Assembly (NCBI GenBank): GCA_021815445.1 | Contig: JAKAGM010000001.1 | Coordinates: 235,527-299,526 of the forward strand | Direction: 5' to 3' | Length of the DNA stretch: 64,000 nucleotides | DNA from: a bacterium | GTDB lineage: Bacteria; Patescibacteriota; Patescibacteriia; UBA10025 | Part shown: positions 37,681 to 48,392 of the stretch, piece by piece | How positions within the stretch are numbered: the first letter of the stretch is position 1 | Layout of the letters: each line of letters starts with the position of its first letter | Program-made: the position numbers and the translations under genes | The notes under the pieces: generated by a model | What the model was told of the DNA's origin: nothing | What the model saw: the letters and a program-made list of their open reading frames with translations, nothing else | Databases searched by the model: none

Positions 37681-38895
37681 TCAAGGGTCGCGCTTTCCAA
37701 GGACCTCTAGAATAATATCAGCCGTTTTCTGGGCAGTAACATGCCATGAAAATCTTTGCGAGCGGAGAATGCCTTTGCCACGAAGGCGTTCCTGAAGCAC
37801 AGAATCCATTATTATTCTTTCAATTGCTTTACTGAGGGCAGCCTCGGATTTTGGATCTACGTAAAGAGCTGCATCCTCACAGACTTCGGGCATGGAACAT
37901 ATTTTCGAGGTAATAACAGGTATCCCGCAAGCCATAGCCTCAAGAAGAGGGATGCCAAAACCTTCATAGAGTGAGGGGAAAACAAAAGCCTGCGCACCTC
38001 GAAGTAAGTGGACATACGTATGAGTTTCTAACCAACCGGGCATAAAGATTGATCCCACAGGAGCGCTGCGTACGGAATCCAAGACACGGTCATATCCAAA
38101 TCCCGGCTGTCCGACCAGTACGAGAGACAATGTTGACCTTGGAAACTTTTTTCGAAAAGACGAGAAAGCGGAAATAATTCTAGGGGTGTTCTTCTTGGAT
38201 TCGAGCCTGCCGATTGAAATGATATAATTTTTTCCGCATCCGATTTTACTTTGAATCTCTAATTCTTTACCTCTATCCCGAAGGGTGTTAAAAACTCTGG
38301 AATCATGACTATTATGCACAACAGATATCTTATTCGGGTCAATGTGATACGTGTTAATAATTTCATTCCTTGAGAACTGAGAAACGGTGATAATTTTTGT
38401 TGCGCGGCGCACAGCCAGACGCGCTGAGAAACGATGGTAGTCAAGTTCGGTTGCAGCGTACCTGCCCTTCGTGAACGCACTCACTCCCAATGAGATAAGG
38501 TTACGAGCCGGGTTGGACTTTGAGCTGATAGAACGGTTGTCATATAACGATTCTACAGACTCAAATCCTATGTCATGGAGTGTCGTCACGAGCTTATGTG
38601 GATGAATAAATGGAATGGTATGAGCCGGGACAAAAAGAAGTTCTGGCCCGCGAATAAGCATTTCGAGTGAAAGTCTCAGCTGGGTCCACAATAACTTTGG
38701 GGGCCATCGGAGCACGTTGCTCGTGAAATTTTTCGGCAATGGGTGCAAGTCATCCAAGAGGGGCTCACGTGAGTATAGGCGCACTTTAAAATTTCGAGGC
38801 AGAATCGACGCGAGCTCTTTAATTAAAAAATACGTATACCATTCGGTACCCGTGCGAGTTCGCGTATTGGCGCGCGAAGCGTCAATGCCGATCAT
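37681..38895 (-). CDS. Glycosyltransferase family 4
   Basis: C-terminal EGFGIPLLEAMACGIPVITS GT-B motif. Confidence 0.75.
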   Translation of the reverse strand: MIGIDASRANTRTRTGTEWYTYFLIKELASILPRNFKVRLYSREPLLDDLHPLPKNFTSNVLRWPPKLLWTQLRLSLEMLIRGPELLFVPAHTIPFIHPHKLVTTLHDIGFESVESLYDNRSISSKSNPARNLISLGVSAFTKGRYAATELDYHRFSARLAVRRATKIITVSQFSRNEIINTYHIDPNKISVVHNSHDSRVFNTLRDRGKELEIQSKIGCGKNYIISIGRLESKKNTPRIISAFSSFRKKFPRSTLSLVLVGQPGFGYDRVLDSVRSAPVGSIFMPGWLETHTYVHLLRGAQAFVFPSLYEGFGIPLLEAMACGIPVITSKICSMPEVCEDAALYVDPKSEAALSKAIERIIMDSVLQERLRGKGILRSQRFSWHVTAQKTADIILEVLGKRDP

Positions 38896-38896
38896 G

Positions 38897-39910
38897 TTAC
38901 TTGCCAGCTAAAATACTTCTTTTGTAGGAATCCAGGTTCTCCAACGCTATGCCGGTTCCTTTGGCAACGCACAGGAGCGGCTCATCGGCAACATATGCAG
39001 GCACACCCGTCGCTTGAGTGAGCAGATTGTCAATGTTTCTCAGTAGCGAACTTCCGCCAGAAAGCACCATACCCTTATCCATAACATCGGCCGACAGTTC
39101 CGGGGGGGTCTCTTGGAGTACTGATTTTACCGCCTGAATAATTGCCGCAAGTTCGTCTTGGATTGCCTCAGTAACATCATCGCTCGTCACAGTAAGAGTC
39201 TTAGGGAGACCCTGAACGATATCCCTGCCTCGTACATCCATGGACATTTTTTCCTCAAGCGTCAAAGCAGAACCAATGGTAATTTTGAGGTCTTCCGCTG
39301 TGCGATCTCCTATTGCAAGTCCGTATTTTTTTCTGGTAAATTCCTGTATTGCGGTATCGAGTTTATTCCCACCGACACGCGCCGATGTATTCGCCACAAT
39401 ACCGCCGAGGGATATTACGGCAACTTCCGAGGTTCCCCCTCCTATGTCAACAATCATGTGACCAGAGGCCGAACCGATCGGGATATTCGCTCCGATAGCT
39501 GCAGCGATTGGCTCTTTAATAATATATGCGGCCTTAGCGCCAGCCTGGATTGTTGCATCTATCACAGCTCGGCGTTCAGTTGAGGTTATCCCGGCAGGAA
39601 CGGCAATCATGACTTCCGGATGGAAGAAACGAACACCACCGAGCGCTTTATTGATAAAATACCTCAGCATCGCCTCGGTAGTCTTGTAGTCAGCTATGAC
39701 ACCATCTTTCAACGGGCGTGACGCCACAATAGATTCCGGAGTACGGCCGATCATTTCCTTTGCTTCTTCACCAACGGCCATGACACGTTTATCGAGGAGG
39801 GATATCGCAACGACAGACGGTTCGTTGATTACAATCCCACGCCCGGGGATGTACACGAGTGAGTAAGTGGTTCCCAGATCAATGCCGAGTTTTTTATTCC
39901 ACATTGACAT
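38897..39910 (-). CDS. MreB/Mbl-like actin homolog (second paralog)
   Basis: DLGTTYSLVY, DIGGGTSE and LSGGSSLLRN motifs. 337 aa. Confidence 0.8.
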   Translation of the reverse strand: MSMWNKKLGIDLGTTYSLVYIPGRGIVINEPSVVAISLLDKRVMAVGEEAKEMIGRTPESIVASRPLKDGVIADYKTTEAMLRYFINKALGGVRFFHPEVMIAVPAGITSTERRAVIDATIQAGAKAAYIIKEPIAAAIGANIPIGSASGHMIVDIGGGTSEVAVISLGGIVANTSARVGGNKLDTAIQEFTRKKYGLAIGDRTAEDLKITIGSALTLEEKMSMDVRGRDIVQGLPKTLTVTSDDVTEAIQDELAAIIQAVKSVLQETPPELSADVMDKGMVLSGGSSLLRNIDNLLTQATGVPAYVADEPLLCVAKGTGIALENLDSYKRSILAGK

Positions 39911-41896
39911 TTATTTGTGCTGGATGAGTATATGCCTGTCTTGCCGAAGGGGCAATACGAAAGAGGCATCAGTATGATTCGAGACTTGCGCTTTGTCAAG
40001 CGGCTCCACGTAGGTTATTGAAGCAGGAAGCTTCAAATGCACACTGAGAATGTTATCGATAGTACCGGGTTGTTTTTGAGCAAGGAGAGTATAGGTTTTG
40101 CCATTTACCACATTTTTAGGAAGATCGTATGATAGACGAAGAGTTTTTGTTTCCCCAATCTCTGTGCATACGAATGCACCAAAAGATGTCTTACCGGATT
40201 CTTCGGTAACCTCTACTGAGCCTTTTGTGGAAAGCTTGCAGTCAACCATGGATCCGTCAGACGAAGTCAATTGGGATCCCGCAGGTACAAGTACCCTTAC
40301 ATAGGTTCGATACCTAGTCGTCTTCCACGAGAGTTTGCCGGTATTGGAGTATGCTATTGTCACAGTCGCGTGCGCCGTATCGCCGCTCGCATCAAGACTG
40401 TAATCAATCGTGCGCTTGACGGCGGGGTCGGATTTAAGACTTGCTAGATTCGCGTCAACAACCATCAAGAAGTCTCCTGTTGTCGATTGGATGGCGCCGT
40501 CCCAATTTTGAGCTCTAACACGGTCCTGAAGCGTCGGTTCTTTTTCATAAATGAGCATTTGTTTTTCGGCAAGATTGATTGCAATTGTTGACCAGAGTTT
40601 TTGCCACTGACTGCGCGGTAATGAGAGAAGTCTCTGCATCAGGACCTTCGAGAGCGAGCCGATAACTTCTTTCCTTTGTTCGGCAGGAACACCCTGGCGG
40701 AGATAACCTTGCTCAACCTGGTATTCGAGGGTTGACACAAAATTCTCCTGGGTAAAAAGCACTCCGTCCACCTCCACATCCCCTACCAAGCCAAGAAGTG
40801 ATTCTATGAGTGATGGTGTGATTGCGATGGCACCGTCGACTTTTTCTTTTCCTCCTTCGTGCTCATAAAACCAAATCGCCTGTTCCGCCGACGTCGGAAA
40901 GTCGGGGGACCAGTTCGCGTCTCTCAAATACCAATTTTTAACGTCGTTATATCGTGTAAGGGGCCACGGTGGCGTCACAAAGAGCTTGCCCTCCACCTGG
41001 CTGTCCAGATTATAGACATTATCAGTAGTGAAGGAATCAATCTCGCCATCGACTATTTTTAAAATTCCATATGTGCCAATGAAGCCCCCTGTTGGGCGCA
41101 TCTCAGTGTTATTTTGGAGCAGGAACAAATATGTCTTTGGCGACGGATATCCGGCCACCTTCGGAATGAAATCGCTCAAATCAATCGCCTGGTATATCGA
41201 TCGTTCGAAAGTAGGGAACTGCTCCTGTATGGGCTTTACTATTTTGCGGACGGGACCGATAAGTCCTTTGGAAGGCACTTTACGAAGATACTGTGATGCG
41301 GTTGCAATCTGCTGGCGGACATTAATAAGTGTCGGTTGTGCGTCGGCGATTTGCTTGAAAATTTGCTCTTTTTCTTTACGAGAAAGATGCGCAAATTGGA
41401 GGTCGGTTCCTTGCTCAAATGGCTGTAGTATGTCTCTCCCGAGGACACCAACGCTTTCAAGCGCCCTGCCAGTTTGGGATACGGTGAGCAGAATATTTTG
41501 AATTGCCGAAATTTGCTTTCCAATAATGGGAATAAACCTCAAATACCTAATCTTCGAGAACCTTTGCATAGAAAGATCAAATTCGCTATTAGCACTATGG
41601 AGGTAATCGACGGTACTATTAAAATCTTGCTTGGAAAGAGCAGATTGCGCTTTGTCAAAATTTTCTTTTCCACGGAGAGCCGCTTGATACGCATCTCGCC
41701 CAGGGGCATACGAAACGACACCCAGAATACCAAGGAATACAACAATTCCGCCCAGGCTTAAAAGGGTAATTTTCACAATGCGGACATGCCGCTTGCTTTG
41801 CTTTTTAGGGCGTCGGCGCCGCCGAAATACATTTAGGAAATTAATTGGCATGGTTGATATATTATTAAAAGTCAGTCGTATAGGGGTGCGGCGCAC
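39911..41896 (-). CDS. DUF4012-domain protein (N-terminal TM plus a large extracytoplasmic domain)
   Basis: LQNNTEMRPTGGFIGTYG is the DUF4012 signature. The start may be at 41851 (MPINFL), which would remove the 32-nt overlap with the upstream glycosyltransferase. Confidence 0.6.
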   Translation of the reverse strand: MRRTPIRLTFNNISTMPINFLNVFRRRRRPKKQSKRHVRIVKITLLSLGGIVVFLGILGVVSYAPGRDAYQAALRGKENFDKAQSALSKQDFNSTVDYLHSANSEFDLSMQRFSKIRYLRFIPIIGKQISAIQNILLTVSQTGRALESVGVLGRDILQPFEQGTDLQFAHLSRKEKEQIFKQIADAQPTLINVRQQIATASQYLRKVPSKGLIGPVRKIVKPIQEQFPTFERSIYQAIDLSDFIPKVAGYPSPKTYLFLLQNNTEMRPTGGFIGTYGILKIVDGEIDSFTTDNVYNLDSQVEGKLFVTPPWPLTRYNDVKNWYLRDANWSPDFPTSAEQAIWFYEHEGGKEKVDGAIAITPSLIESLLGLVGDVEVDGVLFTQENFVSTLEYQVEQGYLRQGVPAEQRKEVIGSLSKVLMQRLLSLPRSQWQKLWSTIAINLAEKQMLIYEKEPTLQDRVRAQNWDGAIQSTTGDFLMVVDANLASLKSDPAVKRTIDYSLDASGDTAHATVTIAYSNTGKLSWKTTRYRTYVRVLVPAGSQLTSSDGSMVDCKLSTKGSVEVTEESGKTSFGAFVCTEIGETKTLRLSYDLPKNVVNGKTYTLLAQKQPGTIDNILSVHLKLPASITYVEPLDKAQVSNHTDASFVLPLRQDRHILIQHK

Positions 41897-42683
41897 GCCT
41901 TCCAGAGTACTTGAGAAAATATTTTATCCACGAAGCAATATGAACCCTTGTCGCGTACGTAAATACCCCGCTGAGTCCCGGGTTTTCTGCGGACTGACGA
42001 CTATGATAGTGGACAATCTCCGCATCACTCACATAGTGCACTTCCCACCCAGACTCCCAGAACCTCCTGCACCAGTCCGTGTCTTCGACGTAGAGAAAGA
42101 AACGCTCATCAAAGAGACCGACATCCTGAATCGCCTTAGTCCGAACCAACATGCATGCTCCGAGTATCCAATCGACGGGCCTACTCGTTTTGTGGTCAAA
42201 ATCAAGCATGAGATATCGTCTAAGAAACTTGCGGACCGGACTAAGGTTCCCGAAAGGGCTTCGTCTCCATAACGCCGTCCAGAAAGTCGGAAAACGGTAG
42301 CATGAGAGCTGGACACTTCCGTCAGGATTAACAAGCCGCGGACCCACAATACCGACTTTCGGGTGAGATTCCATATATGAAAATAGGGTAGGTATCGCCT
42401 TATCGAAGATTGCGATATCGGTGTTGAGAAGGAGCAGATATTTCCCTTTTGCCACGCGAATACCCGCATTCATTCCGGACCCGAACCCCAAATTTCTTTT
42501 GGTCTCGATAAACTCTATCGAGGGGAATTCCATCTTCATCATTTCACGGGTTCCGTCCTGAGAGAAGTTGTCAACGACGATGATTTCAGTCTGAAACGCG
42601 AGGTTGAACATTCTTACACCCCGAATGCACTGCCTGAGGAGCCCCTTGGTTTTATAATTGAGAATGACGATTGAAAGGTCCAT
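41865..42683 (-). CDS. Glycosyltransferase family 2
   Basis: LSIVILNYKT...VVDNFSQDGT...LLLNTDI GT-A motifs. Confidence 0.75.
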   Translation of the reverse strand: MDLSIVILNYKTKGLLRQCIRGVRMFNLAFQTEIIVVDNFSQDGTREMMKMEFPSIEFIETKRNLGFGSGMNAGIRVAKGKYLLLLNTDIAIFDKAIPTLFSYMESHPKVGIVGPRLVNPDGSVQLSCYRFPTFWTALWRRSPFGNLSPVRKFLRRYLMLDFDHKTSRPVDWILGACMLVRTKAIQDVGLFDERFFLYVEDTDWCRRFWESGWEVHYVSDAEIVHYHSRQSAENPGLSGVFTYATRVHIASWIKYFLKYSGRRAPHPYTTDF

Positions 42684-42689
42684 AACTAG

Positions 42690-43634
42690 CTAGACATGAT
42701 AGATGAGGCGATTATTCAGTACTTTTCTTTTCTGTAAAATATGAGGAAGCTGCTTAAAAAACTCAGGAAGTACGGCGAGCGATCTCGGCTCGAAGAAAAG
42801 GAGGTAAAGAAATTTCTTCAGTTCATAGGTGATAATCCACGGAGAGTTGAAGAAAAGATGATGCAGTGATTCGTTTTTGAAAATAAGGAGAAGGTGATTT
42901 TTATAGGAGAGTTGACGGATGCGTACGCTCCTCATCTTTCGTGCAGACGCTTTAACCGCTCTCATGTGATATGCCACCGCTTGAGGATCATAGTACGCGG
43001 GATATCCAGCTGTTTGCAATCTCCATGCGAAATCGGCGTCCTCCTTGTATGCGAAAAAATCCTCATCGAAATATTCGCTCCCTATGGCTACCGTCTTCAA
43101 GGCTTTGCGTTTCAGAAGCACAAGCGCTCCGCTGTGGCCAAATACTTTTCCTGCAATGCCAAACTGACCAGTATCTATCTCTCCTTCACCGCGATTAGTG
43201 ACCTGCAGATTTCTCGACAAGATCAAACCTGTGGTGTCTACTATACCACCTTTCATCGTTTCACTCAAGGATTCGGGGCGAAGCAGTTTGCCGCCAAAAC
43301 TCCCACCATCATTATGCTTTTCGGCAAACCCGACAAGAGTTTCGAGAAAGGTAGGCGGGAGGAAAACGTCAGGGTTCATAATAAGCGCATAGTCTGCCGT
43401 GCTTTGATGTATCACCTGGTTGTGAGCTTTACTGAAGCCCACATTTGTCGGATTGACAACGAGGGAAATGGGATGAAAATTCCTTATTGCCTCCACTGTC
43501 CGGTCACTTGAACCATTATCGGTAATCCGTATTTCGTAGTTATGGTACGTCTGCTTTACAATCGACTCAATGCACTGAGTTATCGAAGACTCGTGGTTCC
43601 ATGTGACAATAGAGATAGTGATTCGTGGCTCCAT
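42690..43634 (-). CDS. Glycosyltransferase family 2
   Basis: ISIVTWNHES...ITDNGSSDRT...MNPDV GT-A motifs. Confidence 0.75.
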   Translation of the reverse strand: MEPRITISIVTWNHESSITQCIESIVKQTYHNYEIRITDNGSSDRTVEAIRNFHPISLVVNPTNVGFSKAHNQVIHQSTADYALIMNPDVFLPPTFLETLVGFAEKHNDGGSFGGKLLRPESLSETMKGGIVDTTGLILSRNLQVTNRGEGEIDTGQFGIAGKVFGHSGALVLLKRKALKTVAIGSEYFDEDFFAYKEDADFAWRLQTAGYPAYYDPQAVAYHMRAVKASARKMRSVRIRQLSYKNHLLLIFKNESLHHLFFNSPWIITYELKKFLYLLFFEPRSLAVLPEFFKQLPHILQKRKVLNNRLIYHV

Positions 43635-43643
43635 AGAGAGAGT

Positions 43644-45182
43644 CTATGACATGGATGGGTGTCTGTGGTAAAGAGCGAATATTGATGCTATCACAAGACT
43701 ATAGCCGATGCCGAGCGGGTGGTTAAGATATGGAGTTGTCGCATGCGTGAAAAGCAAGGCAATAAAGGACAGAATAAGTCCAAAGATTATCGCCTGATCT
43801 TCCGGGTTTACTGCTGAACGAAATACGTGAAAACCGGTTTTAAGTATTTTGAAAGAAAAAAAGAGGTACGCAGCCGCTCCAATAAGACCTAGTTTGGCCA
43901 GAAGATCCAGGTACCCCCATTCAAACGCATACGTGGTGTAATTTCCTCCGGAAGCGGCACTGGCGCGTGGGTCTTTGGTTTTATATGTTACAGTAGTGCC
44001 GAAACCTGAACCGAAAAGAGGGTTCTTCATGATCTGCAACGCGAGCGGCTTTAAGAGCTGAATTCGGGAGGAGACTGCTGATTCGCTCGTCCCGGATTCC
44101 AGCCTTTCTCGAACTAGAGAAGCAGTCGTCACATTCCCGCTACTATGTCCCGGAATGGGAAAATTTACAAGGGCAGTGAGAAATACTAATTCAGCGATGA
44201 CCCCAAGCGCGAGGATACTAGAAAGTTTCGCAACTTGTAAAAAATTCCTGTGCCATTTTTTGACCAGAAAAATAAAGAACAGAATCAGTGTTCCCGCCGC
44301 AGCTAGCCAGAAGCTTCGCGAAAAATTAACTACAATGACTGCTCCGGACACAAATGAAGAGAGCATGAGAATTCGATACGTGCCTGGTGAGAAAAATTTC
44401 TTTCCTACGATGATGAGCAGGCTTAAAGAAAAAAAGAAGATAAAAAGGAGAAAAATGTGACTCTGGAAAAAGACCCTAAAAAAATAATGCCCCAGGTCAG
44501 TCATCTCCCCCACCCCGGTATTTCGTATCCACGTATACACTGCCCGTTGCGCTTCAGCAGAAGGCGAATGAGCAAAGTAAGAAAGAATAAAAAGAGTTTT
44601 TAGTGAAACGGCTAAGCTTGCCCCGTACATTACTTGGAGTAAACGTTCAACGGTAGGCAAGGACGAGATGGTGATAAAAAATACAAGCGCCGTAGCGGTA
44701 TAAAAATAGCCATTCGCATCAAAAAAAATATTTACCAATGCATTACCATGAAAATATCCGCGGACAAGTCCATAGACTACCGCAAGCAGGGCGACAAGTA
44801 TTGCGGAGAAAAAAACATTATTTCTGGGGAAAGTTCCTTTTTTTCTCGCAAGCTGAATAATGGTTGCCGCAATGATGGCAATAAAAAGTCCGATGCGTAT
44901 CGATAGCGTTCTATGCCCGAAATCAAGCGAAAACAAGTACCCTTTACCGCCGATAATCAATTCTGTCAGTAAAATATAGGCACCGATATCGAGACGAAAC
45001 AGGCTGATAACAAACGCGGCAACAACGATCAAAATGAAGAGCGCCTGATTTAGCGGAGAAAAAGTAAATGCCAAAAATGAAAGGCATTCAAATATGATGA
45101 TAACCAAAAAACTTATTTTAAGGTACTGACCGTTGAGATTAAACCTTGCGATGCCTGAAGTCATAAAGATACTGAATAACAC
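43644..45182 (-). CDS. O-antigen ligase / Wzy-like polymerase family membrane protein
   Basis: 512 aa and 11 or more TM helices with a large periplasmic loop. It sits inside the glycosyltransferase cluster. Confidence 0.5.
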   Translation of the reverse strand: MLFSIFMTSGIARFNLNGQYLKISFLVIIIFECLSFLAFTFSPLNQALFILIVVAAFVISLFRLDIGAYILLTELIIGGKGYLFSLDFGHRTLSIRIGLFIAIIAATIIQLARKKGTFPRNNVFFSAILVALLAVVYGLVRGYFHGNALVNIFFDANGYFYTATALVFFITISSLPTVERLLQVMYGASLAVSLKTLFILSYFAHSPSAEAQRAVYTWIRNTGVGEMTDLGHYFFRVFFQSHIFLLFIFFFSLSLLIIVGKKFFSPGTYRILMLSSFVSGAVIVVNFSRSFWLAAAGTLILFFIFLVKKWHRNFLQVAKLSSILALGVIAELVFLTALVNFPIPGHSSGNVTTASLVRERLESGTSESAVSSRIQLLKPLALQIMKNPLFGSGFGTTVTYKTKDPRASAASGGNYTTYAFEWGYLDLLAKLGLIGAAAYLFFSFKILKTGFHVFRSAVNPEDQAIIFGLILSFIALLFTHATTPYLNHPLGIGYSLVIASIFALYHRHPSMS

Positions 45183-46011
45183 CTATAGCCATACTGAGCG
45201 GCGCTAATACCGTCAAGATTGTGCACGCGGCAAAACCGAGATGCTTCCTGGCATAGTGACGGGCACTCAAGGCAAAACGGGCCTGTTTCCTCACTGCACT
45301 TACTTTACCGAAACTTTGAGAGAGGTGGTGGATCAGGTACGAAGCAGGAGTATACCACACTCCCCAACCGTCCTCGCGGGCACGATAACAAAAATCGACC
45401 TCTTCAAACCAAACAAAGAATTTCTCGTCAAGGAACCCTACTTCATCAATAGTTTTTTTTCGAATCATCATGCATGCGCCCATAACCTGATCGACCCCTT
45501 GCTCCTTTGTGTAATCAAAATCTTGGGCAAGGTAGCGCTTTATGGAGGGTAACCCGGGGAAGAGCCTGTGGAGTTTGAGAAGGTAAAGACAGAGCACGGC
45601 AAGCGTCGGAAAACGGCGCACCGAGGGCTGAAGTGTCTGGTCGCTATTCAACAGTTTGCATCCGGCTATTCCGGCAGTGGGATGATTTTGCATCCACGCA
45701 AACAGCGAATCGACCATACCACGATCCACCTCCGTATCTGGATTAAGCAAGAGAAGGTACTCCCCTTTAGCTTGCCGGATACCTTGATTATTTGCAGCGG
45801 CAAATCCCCTGTTGGCGTCGTTGGCAATTACAACTGCCTGTGGAAATTCCTTGCGTACCATGTCCAAAGAACCATCCGTGGAAGCGTTATCAACGACGAT
45901 TATCTCCATTGATGCTCTGTGTGATGTTTTTGCGAGTGACGAAAGACACCGCAAAAGATATTCCCGGACATTCCAGCTTACAATGATGATAGAGAGATCC
46001 ATACGGTACAA
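45139..46011 (-). CDS. Glycosyltransferase family 2
   Basis: LSIIIVSWNV...VVDNASTDGS...LLLNPDTEV GT-A motifs. Confidence 0.75.
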   Translation of the reverse strand: MYRMDLSIIIVSWNVREYLLRCLSSLAKTSHRASMEIIVVDNASTDGSLDMVRKEFPQAVVIANDANRGFAAANNQGIRQAKGEYLLLLNPDTEVDRGMVDSLFAWMQNHPTAGIAGCKLLNSDQTLQPSVRRFPTLAVLCLYLLKLHRLFPGLPSIKRYLAQDFDYTKEQGVDQVMGACMMIRKKTIDEVGFLDEKFFVWFEEVDFCYRAREDGWGVWYTPASYLIHHLSQSFGKVSAVRKQARFALSARHYARKHLGFAACTILTVLAPLSMAIGVIQYLYDFRHRKV

Positions 46012-46097
46012 AAAATGCTGAGGCCTAATTGCGTATAGAATACCAAAAAAACAGTCCTATGGAAAGACAGCAGTATTTTAGCGGCCGTCGCGGTAGA

Positions 46098-47264
46098 TTA
46101 CTTTATTGCCCCAAAGATGAACCCCAGCATGTCCTCCACCCTCTTTTCCCAGGAATGAGGCTTTACAGCTTCTTGCCTCATTCGATGCAGTTCAGGTGTG
46201 TCGCCCTTGAGCATTGAAGAACAAAGATTGCTGAATTGGTCCTGTGAATGCGCTACACTAATGTATTCTGAGAATTGTTCAATTCCGGATACTGGGGTCG
46301 TGATGACGGGTTTTCCGCAAGCAAGATATTCGTAAAGTTTCAACGGGTTCATGGACTTTACAAAAGCATCTATACGGTGCGGGATGATGCCAACGTCGAA
46401 GTGCTGGATGTAACTTGGTAATTGCTCGTAAGATTTTTGTCCGAGGAAGTAAACATTCTTCAAATGCTGAACCTTCTCGATATGTGCGTCTTTCCAAATC
46501 GGGCCGACGAAAATGAAACTGCTTGTAGGATTGTTTATTGCGGCAAACTGAACCATGTCAAAATCTACACGCTGCTGGATGACGCCCACATACCCAAAGC
46601 GCGGATGAGGAATGTTTGCGAGGTCAGCTGGTTCTTGACCGGGAGTCCCAAATAGGTCGGTATCGACGCCGTTAGGTACATAGTGAACTTTTGGTGCACC
46701 GTGAAAGAGACTTTGCGCCAAATGGTCTGTCACAGTAAATATTACGTCCGCATGACCAAGCAAAAAAGAATAATTATCCCTGAGTCTTTCCGCATATGGA
46801 GCATACGAAGGATGCTCAGCCCAGTTATCTACAGTATCAAACACCGAAAGACGTTCGGAAAGTTTCCCAAAATACTTCACAAAATAAGGCAAGTATGACC
46901 AAAGAAGAATATCTTTAAATCCCAGAATTTTAACTGCCTTTTTTATGTTTCGTAAAAGCCTTTTTTCCGATATGACGGAATCAACTGTTTCATAGACATA
47001 AAGTTTTTTGCTGACTTGTAGTAATCGAGAAGTCAGGTTGCGTGAAATTGTCCGTCCTGCATGCAAATGCATTTGCTCCTGGAACCAAAGCTTCGCCGCT
47101 CGGCGGAAAGTAAATGGGAGGAAATCGATGGTCAAAATTGAGCGTATACGGGAATCATTCGTCAAACGGGTGAGTATATGGTAATTTCTGTTTGCCTTGT
47201 GACTTCGGACCCATTCCGAATACGGAGACATTGAAAACATGACGATGTCGAACTTCTCATTCAT
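46098..47264 (-). CDS. Glycosyltransferase (GT4/GT-B-like)
   Basis: C-terminal YEYLACGKPVITTPVSG GT-B nucleotide-sugar-binding motif. Confidence 0.6.
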   Translation of the reverse strand: MNEKFDIVMFSMSPYSEWVRSHKANRNYHILTRLTNDSRIRSILTIDFLPFTFRRAAKLWFQEQMHLHAGRTISRNLTSRLLQVSKKLYVYETVDSVISEKRLLRNIKKAVKILGFKDILLWSYLPYFVKYFGKLSERLSVFDTVDNWAEHPSYAPYAERLRDNYSFLLGHADVIFTVTDHLAQSLFHGAPKVHYVPNGVDTDLFGTPGQEPADLANIPHPRFGYVGVIQQRVDFDMVQFAAINNPTSSFIFVGPIWKDAHIEKVQHLKNVYFLGQKSYEQLPSYIQHFDVGIIPHRIDAFVKSMNPLKLYEYLACGKPVITTPVSGIEQFSEYISVAHSQDQFSNLCSSMLKGDTPELHRMRQEAVKPHSWEKRVEDMLGFIFGAIK

Positions 47265-47267
47265 GGT

Positions 47268-48392
47268 TTATTCGGCAAGTAAATTAACCAATGGCGCTAT
47301 TTCATTTTTCCACGTCATCGTGGAAACCCTTATAAAGCCGCGCTCTCCTAATGCCCGCGATTCGTCTGGATCGGCGAGAAGATTAGTAATGGCTTGCGCT
47401 AAAGCGCCGGAGTTGTTTTGTTCTACAATGGTGGCACAACCCGTCCCCCCTGCTCCTTCGTCCGCACCCCCGCTCCTGGAGGCAATGACGGGCTTCCGAT
47501 GCGCCTGCGCCTCCAGATAAACTATTCCGAATCCCTCGATATCGTGCTCATCGACATCGTTTGTCGGAGTGAGCGCAAATACATCACATGATTCATAAAG
47601 ACAGTGGAGGGTAAGGTCATCCACCTCGCCTGTCATGACCACAGATGAGGATACTCCTTCATTGGCTGCGATTTTTTTGATGTTCTCCTGTTCGGGACCG
47701 TCGCCGACTATTACGTACACCGCGTTTGGAAATCGTTTAAGTACTTGTTTCATCGCGTGCACAACTACGGCGTGTCCTTTTCGAGGTACGAGGCGGGCTA
47801 CTGTGAGAATGACTGGCTTACCCTGAGGTATATAGCGGTTTTTAACAGCGTCAATATTCCCTTGGTTGATACGGGGCAAACTTTTTAATTCAACTACAGG
47901 GTGGATAAAGTCAATTTTACTATCAGGCACATTCAGCTCCATAATTTTATCCTTCGTATACGAGCTGATGGTAAAGATTTTATCTGCAGTCGCAAGAATT
48001 CTTTTTAGGAGTGCGGTTTTTCTGAAGGACAACCGGGGTAAAGTGATGTCCATCCCATACGTGAAAACGGCGTACGGTACACCCCAAAAGGCATATAAAA
48101 TTTTTGCTACCATCCCCAGAGGAAGAACCTCGCCGACAAGTAGAGTATCAAACCGGCCGAGAGCATACATACGCCGGAGCGTGTTAACCAACGGCAGCCA
48201 TCGCGGCCAGAAAAATCGCGAATAAAATTTTACTTGAAGCGTATTGATATTATTGCCGATATACGCCTCTCCGAATGGGGTCACGACAGTGATCTGGCTT
48301 TTGGGCAAATGCCCGCATATTTCATAAAGATACCGCTGTACGCCTCCATTTGCAGGGGGGAATTCAAGCGTAATAAGTAACGCGCGCTTCAT
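47268..48392 (-). CDS. Glycosyltransferase family 4
   Basis: MKRALLITLEFPPANGGVQRY... and C-terminal GFGIVYLEAQAHRKPVIASRSGG. Confidence 0.75.
   Translation of the reverse strand: MKRALLITLEFPPANGGVQRYLYEICGHLPKSQITVVTPFGEAYIGNNINTLQVKFYSRFFWPRWLPLVNTLRRMYALGRFDTLLVGEVLPLGMVAKILYAFWGVPYAVFTYGMDITLPRLSFRKTALLKRILATADKIFTISSYTKDKIMELNVPDSKIDFIHPVVELKSLPRINQGNIDAVKNRYIPQGKPVILTVARLVPRKGHAVVVHAMKQVLKRFPNAVYVIVGDGPEQENIKKIAANEGVSSSVVMTGEVDDLTLHCLYESCDVFALTPTNDVDEHDIEGFGIVYLEAQAHRKPVIASRSGGADEGAGGTGCATIVEQNNSGALAQAITNLLADPDESRALGERGFIRVSTMTWKNEIAPLVNLLAE

Noticed and set aside
42029-43511. ORFs 42029-42469(-), 42894-43511(+), 42971-43198(+) and 43198-43392(+) inside the GT2 genes
   Set aside because: They are alternative-frame or antisense shadows of glycosyltransferase genes with clear GT-A motifs.
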